Shown one piece after another: positions 38,569 to 45,040 of a DNA stretch of 45,040 nucleotides. The position numbers were made by a program, and so were the translations under genes. The notes under the pieces were generated by a model that had not been told where the DNA came from, made no database searches, and was given only the letters and a program-made list of their open reading frames with translations. Origin of the DNA: a virus (lineage: Duplodnaviria > Caudoviricetes); the IMG/VR virus record IMGVR_UViG_3300032290_001263, positions 1-45,040 of that record; one strand, written 5' to 3'. Positions within the stretch are counted from its first letter, which is position 1, and each line of letters opens with the position of its first letter.

Positions 38569-38680
38569 GGGTTGGTAGCTCAAATTGGTGAGAGCGGCTC
38601 TTGATTAAGGAGTGGCGTGCATGATCGCGGGTTGATCGCCGTAGATGGCACTAGTGTGGGTTCGAATCCTGCCCGACCTA
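38569..38680 (+). ncRNA. tRNA-like RNA with 42-nt variable region and non-canonical anticodon loop
   Basis: GGGTTGG/CCGACCT acceptor, GCTC/GAGC, GCTCT-TGATTAA-GGAGT, GTGGG-TTCGAAT-CCTGC. Confidence 0.7.
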
Positions 38681-38715
38681 TTTTATTTTTCTATAGTTTT
38701 AAGGAGTAAAAATAA

Positions 38716-38988
38716 ATGAGCAAACACAAAGAAAATAATCCAGCGAATTTACTTTATCCAGTTTGTTGCCTTATGGTAGTTGTCAGCGGTACTCTTAAAC
38801 TGGCCGGAGTAATTAATTGGCCGTGGATTGCCGTTATTGCACCACTATTTATTATTCCTTCTATAATCATCTTAATGGCCTTGATAGTAATTTCAATTAC
38901 AGTATTATATTTATTCGGGCTTTTGTTCGTAAAATATATTTTAGATTACTATGAGCGTTTTAAAGCAAAGAGGAAAATTCAGGGATGA
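38716..38988 (+). CDS. Small membrane protein
   Basis: LKLAGVINWPWIAVIAPL plus long hydrophobic stretch; AAGGAG RBS. Confidence 0.75.
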   Translation: MSKHKENNPANLLYPVCCLMVVVSGTLKLAGVINWPWIAVIAPLFIIPSIIILMALIVISITVLYLFGLLFVKYILDYYERFKAKRKIQG

Positions 38989-39093
38989 ATTACTCGATTT
39001 AATGCGAGTGCATGAAATCACTTTCAAAAAAAATAAAAAGATCTCTTGACATGTTGATTCAATATTGTATAATAGTGGAAAAGGAAACAAAAG

Positions 39094-39315
39094 ATGATCA
39101 AAGAACAAAAATCTGTACGTGCCATTGAATTTTTTGAAGGCAATAAAGAACTTTATGCCATAGCATGGTTTGAAAAAGGCAGAATCCCATGGGTAAACGG
39201 AAATCCACCGGAATTTATTTTCTGGAATCGTATGCTTTGGAAGTTTATTTGGCGAAGGGCTGACGATTTAGCATGTGGATACGAAAAGGCCGGATCTTTT
39301 GTGAATACTGATTGA
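39094..39315 (+). CDS. Hypothetical protein
   Basis: 73 aa after promoter 39046. Confidence 0.65.
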   Translation: MIKEQKSVRAIEFFEGNKELYAIAWFEKGRIPWVNGNPPEFIFWNRMLWKFIWRRADDLACGYEKAGSFVNTD

Positions 39316-39358
39316 CAAACAATTTTGAGCTGGTATAATAGTGGAAAAGGAGAGCAAA

Positions 39359-39643
39359 ATGACAAAAAATTCAGCAGGCCGAAAAAGATTTGTTTTGTGC
39401 GGAAGAAACGAATACAGTGGACAGTCTCAATATTTTTGTTTCGACTTTGATGCTACATACAATAGTAATGGCAATATAAAAGTTGATTTTAATCACAGAG
39501 AGGCTTGTTCATCGTTTGTGCCTTTCTTTCGTCGTAGCAATACATATGTTTTTGACAGTAACGGCGTTTGCATATCGCACCTACCAAGCAAAAAATATAG
39601 ATATCATAAAGTGAATGCAATACTAGTTGACTCTCATACATAG
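39359..39643 (+). CDS. Hypothetical protein
   Basis: ATG after AGGAG; promoter 39312. Confidence 0.65.
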   Translation: MTKNSAGRKRFVLCGRNEYSGQSQYFCFDFDATYNSNGNIKVDFNHREACSSFVPFFRRSNTYVFDSNGVCISHLPSKKYRYHKVNAILVDSHT

Positions 39644-39663
39644 ACAAAAAGTAAAACAAAAGA

Positions 39664-39837
39664 ATGAACGACGCAAATTATCGCAAATACAATGATGGTT
39701 CTCATAATTCTAGTAAGTATCACAAGCTTGACGGAACTCCTATTCGTGCAATCCTGAAACGAGAAGCTGAAAAAGAAGTTAAAGATTTTGAAAAAAATGA
39801 ACTAAAGGAATTGACATTCGAATTCAAGATTGTATAA
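39664..39837 (+). CDS. Hypothetical 57-aa protein, not in track
   Basis: MNDANYRKYNDGSHNSSKYHKLDGTPIRAILKREAEKEV..., fills intergenic gap in operon direction. Confidence 0.5.
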   Translation: MNDANYRKYNDGSHNSSKYHKLDGTPIRAILKREAEKEVKDFEKNELKELTFEFKIV

Positions 39838-39866
39838 TCTAGAAAAGAAAGAAAACGGGAAACATA

Positions 39867-40142
39867 ATGTATAAAATGAAGTTTACAGCAAAAGAAGCAC
39901 AGAAATTTGTTGTGGTAACGGCAGAAGAAGAAGTTGCCGATATCGAATCGCTGATCGAAAAAGCTGCAAGAGAAAACAAACGAGAAGTACGCCTGTTGAA
40001 TAATTTCTGGGTCAACGAAGGATACGCCGGAACTGAAAAGTATAAAGCGGCTTGTAAAATTCTTGAGGAAAATGGATATACAGTTGAATTCTTTTATGAA
40101 GAAAAACAATTCGTAAACATGTATACAGTTGTCAGGTGGTAA
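39867..40142 (+). CDS. Hypothetical protein
   Basis: 91 aa after promoter 39811. Confidence 0.7.
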   Translation: MYKMKFTAKEAQKFVVVTAEEEVADIESLIEKAARENKREVRLLNNFWVNEGYAGTEKYKAACKILEENGYTVEFFYEEKQFVNMYTVVRW

Positions 40143-40181
40143 AACCAACTTTAGAAAAGGAAAAATAAAGTACAATAACAG

Positions 40182-40387
40182 AAAAGGCAGGATGGCTAGT
40201 GGCTTAGGTTAACGCCAATGATAGTTCAGCTAGCAATCCGTTGATCGCTATAAAAAACCATACGAAGGAAGTTGTGCTACCAAGCCTAGTAGCTAGTATG
40301 GAAGGTTAAAAACACTGACTCGGACGTGAGTAGAAGCGTTAAAACCGAGAGGCACAGTGAAAAAATCCTAGCGGTCAACAGCCTTTT
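40182..40387 (+). ncRNA. Candidate compact multi-helix ncRNA (~205 nt)
   Basis: AAAAGGC/GCCTTTT closing stem; GTTGATCGCTA/TAGCGGTCAAC; CCATAC/GTATGG; CACTG/CAGTG; CTCGG/CCGAG; A-rich linkers. Confidence 0.6.
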
Positions 40388-40424
40388 TATTTGACAACGG
40401 CGAAAAATGAGGTAAAATAAAAGC

Positions 40425-40619
40425 ATGAAAAGAATTTACACAATAGACGTTTGGGATATATTCGACGGTAACAGTATCGACGAAGTTATCGAAAAGCTCA
40501 AGAAGCTAAAAGAAAAATACAAAGATGGGCGTGCCCGCTTTATTATTAACCTTGGAGAAACCTATATTACCGCCGATGATGCTTATATTTTTAATCTGAT
40601 AGGAGAAGAAAATGTCTAA
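40425..40619 (+). CDS. Hypothetical protein
   Basis: 64 aa; ATG 7 nt after -10 box. Confidence 0.6.
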   Translation: MKRIYTIDVWDIFDGNSIDEVIEKLKKLKEKYKDGRARFIINLGETYITADDAYIFNLIGEENV

Positions 40620-40941
40620 AAAATTTATTGGTTATACTGCGTGCGTTTCTGATAAATCAGGACAAATTTATAAGTTAGCCAAGGATTATCAATCTGGATA
40701 TTTTTATTTAGATACAGGCATAAAAATTGAAACGATTGCGGCAGTTATAAAAAGTCTAAAACTAATGAGAGGTTTAGCAGCAAAGGATTCAAAGTTTGAT
40801 TCTTCAACATTGTGTATTAATAAAATCATCCTAGAGCCAATCGGGGATGACGCTGTTATGGAAGCGATGAAAAAGGCAGTTCTAGAAAAAGCCGCAAACA
40901 CTTTCACGCCCGAAGAATTGGAAATCATCAAAGCAGGATAG
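40612..40941 (+). CDS. Hypothetical protein
   Basis: 109 aa, AGGAG RBS. Confidence 0.7.
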   Translation: MSKKFIGYTACVSDKSGQIYKLAKDYQSGYFYLDTGIKIETIAAVIKSLKLMRGLAAKDSKFDSSTLCINKIILEPIGDDAVMEAMKKAVLEKAANTFTPEELEIIKAG

Positions 40942-41004
40942 ATAATTTTTTAGGTTAAAGCCAGTATAATTTTATTCTTAAACTTATTTTTTATAGGTAG
41001 AAAC

Positions 41005-41286
41005 ATGAATTCACAATTTGATCTAAAAACTTTTTCCGCTGAAAATATTAAAATTATGCAACAAAATCGTCAACGGAATGCTGTCATTCTCTTATTTGAG
41101 AATATCGCATCATTTGTTTTTAATCATGCAATGAGTTCTTCTTTTAATGAAAATAGTTATAATATTTTTATTGAAAGGGAAGATTGTAAAGTAATAACTG
41201 ATATGTGTGAAATGATGACATCAAAAGGATTTAAAGTTAGCTTAGTTAATTCTCGCGGTGGCTACGACATTACAATTAGCTGGTAA
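41005..41286 (+). CDS. Hypothetical protein
   Basis: 93 aa, ends ITISW. Confidence 0.65.
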   Translation: MNSQFDLKTFSAENIKIMQQNRQRNAVILLFENIASFVFNHAMSSSFNENSYNIFIEREDCKVITDMCEMMTSKGFKVSLVNSRGGYDITISW

Positions 41287-41291
41287 TAATT

Positions 41292-41459
41292 ATGAAAAAA
41301 TCAATCACAATTAAAATTGAAAACAAGCCCGAAAGACGAGGACACCAATCGCATCGTAGTGGTAGTGGCGAACACGACGACAAGCGTACAAAACGCCTCA
41401 AAACGCGATCTGATCGAACACGCCAATCAATCAAGGATCAATCGGACGGGCATGTTTAA
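41292..41459 (+). CDS. Small very basic protein (55 aa), not in track
   Basis: MKKSITIKIENKPERRGHQSHRSGSGEHDDKRTKRLKTRSDRTRQSIKD...; ATG 5 nt after upstream stop. Confidence 0.55.
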   Translation: MKKSITIKIENKPERRGHQSHRSGSGEHDDKRTKRLKTRSDRTRQSIKDQSDGHV

Positions 41460-41681
41460 ATGGAATTATTTCGCTATGCAATGTCTAAACTGCTTCTTTA
41501 TTTAGCATCAATACTAATAGGAATATCTATACTCTATTTTATGAAGAATAGAGAGTTCATTTCTGAAATGTATGAAAGCAAAGAACAGGCCGTACTTTCT
41601 TTTGAAGATATCTTTTTCGCGTGCTGTTCTATAATGAGCATGTTCTGTTTTTATTTTTCGTCAGAAATGAATTCTGACTAA
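41460..41681 (+). CDS. Small membrane protein
   Basis: Two hydrophobic segments. Confidence 0.5.
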   Translation: MELFRYAMSKLLLYLASILIGISILYFMKNREFISEMYESKEQAVLSFEDIFFACCSIMSMFCFYFSSEMNSD

Positions 41682-41753
41682 TTTTTTCTTGACAATGGAT
41701 TTTATTGATATATAATCATGCCATGAACATGAAGATGAAAATTTTATTAAATA

Positions 41754-41987
41754 TTGAAAGTAAAAATGATAGATAAATCTGAAAAGCTTGAAGCTTTACC
41801 GTTCTATATTGTAGAATACATTAACAAAAAACTTGAAATCATAAAGTCAGATATAGTATCTGAGAATCTAGAAAACTCTAGAGATTATTATATTGGTTAC
41901 ACTATTGCTTGCCAGAATATTATTTCCGCTATGGAAAATTACTATGGTGATGCGGGCGAAAAATTCATAAAGAGCTTTAAAAAATAA
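41754..41987 (+). CDS. Hypothetical protein
   Basis: 77 aa after promoter 41689; start uncertain. Confidence 0.55.
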   Translation: MKVKMIDKSEKLEALPFYIVEYINKKLEIIKSDIVSENLENSRDYYIGYTIACQNIISAMENYYGDAGEKFIKSFKK

Positions 41988-42283
41988 TGAAAAACATAGA
42001 AATTATTAAAATACTCAAGAGTATGGGATACCGGGAAATTAAAAAAGGTGTCTGGGGTAAACCAATTGGACATTGTATACTAGTAGCAACATTTCATAGC
42101 GATAATTGGCTTCTACGTGGATTTTTTATGGGAAAAGACGGAAAGATTTACAATTGGCAAACTAAGAATTTTAATCGAATAGAAGAATTGAAATCGGCAG
42201 AAACAGAATGTTATCATGAATTACATATTTCTTCCAATTTTGAGTTCTCTACAAGAGCAGAATATCTTGAAGATTTTCTGTAG
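41987..42283 (+). CDS. Hypothetical protein
   Basis: 98 aa, TAATG coupling. Confidence 0.65.
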   Translation: MKNIEIIKILKSMGYREIKKGVWGKPIGHCILVATFHSDNWLLRGFFMGKDGKIYNWQTKNFNRIEELKSAETECYHELHISSNFEFSTRAEYLEDFL

Positions 42284-42341
42284 ATCAACTTGACAATTGT
42301 TCTACAGATTTTATAATAAAAGGACAAGAAAGGACGATAAA

Positions 42342-42746
42342 ATGATTCGTTACGAAATGTTGAAGTATGTAGATATTTATCATTTACTATTCAAGTTTTC
42401 TGAAATTACTGGATGGGCATCAACAGAAGGAGGAGTCTGGAACGCCGATTTCAGCAAACCTGTTTTTGAGGTATTATACCCCAAAAATTTTCATGGACAT
42501 GTTTTATCTGGCGAATCAAAATATGCTTTTCTTTTAAGGAGTCCAGAAGATGGTTTTAATGGCCTTTGGAGACATTTGGATAAAAGCATAGAATCTCTTG
42601 ATTGTTTTTTAGGAAAAAAATCTTATAAACATAGTGTGCTTGGCGAAGTTATTTACTCTGAAATTCATTTGGAAACAATAATACTTTGGCTAATTCTCAA
42701 TGATGAACTTGTGATGGAAGATGCAATGTACCACAACGAATGGTGA
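42342..42746 (+). CDS. Hypothetical protein
   Basis: ATG (MIRYEM) after GAAAGGA; promoter 42290. Confidence 0.65.
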   Translation: MIRYEMLKYVDIYHLLFKFSEITGWASTEGGVWNADFSKPVFEVLYPKNFHGHVLSGESKYAFLLRSPEDGFNGLWRHLDKSIESLDCFLGKKSYKHSVLGEVIYSEIHLETIILWLILNDELVMEDAMYHNEW

Positions 42747-42766
42747 TAAAAAGGAGAAGACAAGAA

Positions 42767-43294
42767 ATGCATAAATCTCAATATGAACAATACTACAATC
42801 TTATAAAGAACTTCTACGGCGAAACCAAGGCCAAAAGATCGGGAGTTCCTTACATGAACCATATTGATGAAGGTATAGTTGTCCTATCAAAAATAGGGGC
42901 TAGCCTTAACGCTATAAAGGCTTACTGCCTGCATCCTATTGTTCAGGATGATTCTAATGTACTAGAAGGAATCAAACTAATCACACGCACTATAAATGAT
43001 TATTTTCATATGTCAGTTGTTCTTGCTATATCTATGGAATATAGAAATGTAGCTAATCGCGGGCTAAGTTGTTATCAGGTGGATAATCCAGAACATATTT
43101 ATCTCAGCCCAATCAAAGATGTTAACGATATGCTAATTGCCGATAAAGTACAAAACAGGAAGGATTTTCTAAAATATCATCTTGGGACACATCCAAAATC
43201 TAAGGAGCTTGATGTATATTTTAAAAATTGGCTCAGGCGTTTAGAAGTAACAGAAGCTATGTATGATGATTTAGTTTGTGATCTCAATAAATAA
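42767..43294 (+). CDS. HD-hydrolase-like (Mesh1/SpoT-type) protein with HD changed to HP
   Basis: RSGVPYMNH...LHPIVQ...ADKVQNRKD; AGGAG RBS. Confidence 0.55.
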   Translation: MHKSQYEQYYNLIKNFYGETKAKRSGVPYMNHIDEGIVVLSKIGASLNAIKAYCLHPIVQDDSNVLEGIKLITRTINDYFHMSVVLAISMEYRNVANRGLSCYQVDNPEHIYLSPIKDVNDMLIADKVQNRKDFLKYHLGTHPKSKELDVYFKNWLRRLEVTEAMYDDLVCDLNK

Positions 43295-43306
43295 ATAAAG
43301 GTATCT

Positions 43307-43513
43307 ATGTTAAGCGAACAGTACAAATATTGTTGGGCAGGCGTTAGCTGGAATATAGATCGTGATTGTGTTTTACTCCAGTTGACAAAAGAAATGCCAA
43401 ACGGTGAATGCGATCAGATAAGAGTTAGATTAACCCCGGCAGAAGCTTTGGAATTGGCAAACAAGCTAGAATCCATAGCACACATGTTGACAAACAGTAG
43501 AGGTTTGGTATAA
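43307..43513 (+). CDS. Hypothetical protein
   Basis: 68 aa, LTPAEALELANKL. Confidence 0.6.
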   Translation: MLSEQYKYCWAGVSWNIDRDCVLLQLTKEMPNGECDQIRVRLTPAEALELANKLESIAHMLTNSRGLV

Positions 43514-43559
43514 TCAAGCCATAGCAAACAATCAGGTTTTATTAGAAAAGAGCAAAAAG

Positions 43560-43898
43560 ATGGCCGCAAAGATTTATTCTGCACCAACGTCTGTTGAAAC
43601 GCCAAAGTACAATTTGCCAAAGTCTGGCGAAAACTGGAAGGATCACCTAGAGCAAGAGCGAAAAAGCGAAATAGACTATATCGAAAAACTACGGGCATTC
43701 GCAAAAACCCGAAAGCCAAACGGCAAGAATGTTGGCGAAGTTGTACACTTTCCTGTGGCCGATGGTCATGCTTCATATATGGTGTTGTCTATGCGCCCAC
43801 TAGAGCTTATGCACATTCCTTTGGGAGATGCATACCAGTTTCGTTACGTGAATAGACTCACAGCAAAAGATATTGAAAATAACATCGGTGTATGGTAA
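43560..43898 (+). CDS. Hypothetical phage protein (FPVADGxAxY motif)
   Basis: 112 aa after promoter 43487. Confidence 0.75.
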   Translation: MAAKIYSAPTSVETPKYNLPKSGENWKDHLEQERKSEIDYIEKLRAFAKTRKPNGKNVGEVVHFPVADGHASYMVLSMRPLELMHIPLGDAYQFRYVNRLTAKDIENNIGVW

Positions 43899-43901
43899 TA
43901 T

Positions 43902-44138
43902 ATGGAAAAACAAAAATGCTTTATATTATACCAAGATGATTTTCTGTTTGTAATGGAAGATATAGCGTCTAGAATTAGTGTTTACTCTAAAAATCCTTAC
44001 GCTAGAATAAAAATCTACGGAATGTCCAAAGAACAGGCTTTACAAACGTTCCACAAAGAGTATAATGATATTCTAGAGTGTGTCAAAAAAGATCTTCAAG
44101 AACAAGAAATGGCAGGTTTTAAAAAATGCGATATCTAG
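43902..44138 (+). CDS. Hypothetical protein
   Basis: 78 aa, operon. Confidence 0.6.
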   Translation: MEKQKCFILYQDDFLFVMEDIASRISVYSKNPYARIKIYGMSKEQALQTFHKEYNDILECVKKDLQEQEMAGFKKCDI

Positions 44139-44401
44139 AACAAAAAGACCTAAAAACTGACGTTATTTATGTATGTGAAACGTATACTGGAAACGTAGGG
44201 TTTATGGCATACCGTAACGGTAGATATGAAGATATTTTTAGTTCTGATGCTGAACATTTGCCTTTAGATGGTCATATTCGATATGTTTGGAATTTAGAAA
44301 ACGTACCAGAAGAAATTATTAGTAAGCTAACAGAAGAACAGAAAAGGTATAGAGATTTTATTTTAGGATGGAGAAAAAGGTATGAAAATTTCAATGGATA
44401 A
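44126..44401 (+). CDS. Hypothetical protein
   Basis: 91 aa, overlapping operon. Confidence 0.6.
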   Translation: MRYLEQKDLKTDVIYVCETYTGNVGFMAYRNGRYEDIFSSDAEHLPLDGHIRYVWNLENVPEEIISKLTEEQKRYRDFILGWRKRYENFNG

Positions 44402-44756
44402 AAAGTACGAAATTTGCGGTGGTGAAATGGATAAACTTCCAGTAAAGATTTACTCCGTGGAAGGTAACGTCAACGATAGCGTACATGGAGCCGTTCTTGT
44501 ACATGGCAAATGGAAGAATATGACATGGAGCCAAAACGGAACTGTTTGGGACACGCTAAAATCCGAATGGGATTTAGTTGAAGTCAAAGAGCGAAAAAAA
44601 ATTGAAGGATGGGTTAATGTATATAAAGATAATACTATTGGTGCTTTATGGAGTACCAAAGGTGCTGCCGATGACCGCAGAAAAACCTCTGAGCGAAAAG
44701 ATTTTTTTGCTTGCGTGAAAGTCACTATTGATTGCGAACAAGGAGAAGGACTATAG
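44382..44756 (+). CDS. Hypothetical protein
   Basis: 124 aa, overlapping operon. Confidence 0.65.
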   Translation: MKISMDKKYEICGGEMDKLPVKIYSVEGNVNDSVHGAVLVHGKWKNMTWSQNGTVWDTLKSEWDLVEVKERKKIEGWVNVYKDNTIGALWSTKGAADDRRKTSERKDFFACVKVTIDCEQGEGL

Positions 44757-45040
44757 AAAGAAAAAATTTAATCTATGGTAGTACGGCACTTAAATATTGG
44801 TTGCCGGAACTTAAAAGAACTCCTAAAGATTTAGATTACATCGGGCCGGGCAAAAGTTCTAAAGATATAGAATATTTTATGCATACGGCCCTAGAATATG
44901 TTCTAGATAATAACATTGATGATACATATGTTGATCTAAACTTTTTATATACTATCAAATGTAGTCACCTGCATTATGATATTAAATGGGATAAGCATTG
45001 TATAGACGTAATGTTTATGCAGTCACACGGGGCTATATTA
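44753..45040 (+). CDS. Nucleotidyltransferase-like phage protein, truncated by window
   Basis: Read manually: LIYGSTALKYW...RTPKDLDYI...LYTIKCSH...WDKH; GS + DxD motif; start codon uncertain (ATA 44753 or TTG 44732). Confidence 0.55.
   Translation, partial: MERKNLIYGSTALKYWLPELKRTPKDLDYIGPGKSSKDIEYFMHTALEYVLDNNIDDTYVDLNFLYTIKCSHLHYDIKWDKHCIDVMFMQSHGAIL

Overview
Fragment of a large tailed dsDNA phage genome with two very different halves. Bases 1-18109 (all minus strand) are a late operon: sigma-70-like factor, HTH/coiled-coil protein, GDP-mannose 4,6-dehydratase, HNH nuclease, ClpP-like protease, ERCC4 nuclease, large terminase, portal, prohead protease/scaffold, decoration protein, major capsid protein, a 969-aa repeat-rich virion protein, head-tail joining proteins and the start of a probable tail tube gene. 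Bases ~18250-45040 (almost all plus strand) look like an early/host-takeover region of small genes driven by ~39 near-consensus sigma-70 promoters, nearly all with a 16-bp spacer. The main unexplained structure is a cassette-like array (18726-30220): 19 copies of a 21-bp dyad motif GGGCCGAC-NNN-GTCGGYCTCG. Most copies sit at a fixed distance upstream of a promoter that typically drives a 5' hairpin, one gene and a terminator hairpin. Two motif subtypes occupy separate blocks with different spacing. The region is also rich in RNA: two normal tRNAs (anticodons CAT and the rare TAT), four tRNA-shaped RNAs with rebuilt anticodon or variable arms (one with a kissing-loop insert), and four candidate structured ncRNAs of 200-570 nt. 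All protein calls come from motif recognition and gene order; no database search was run.
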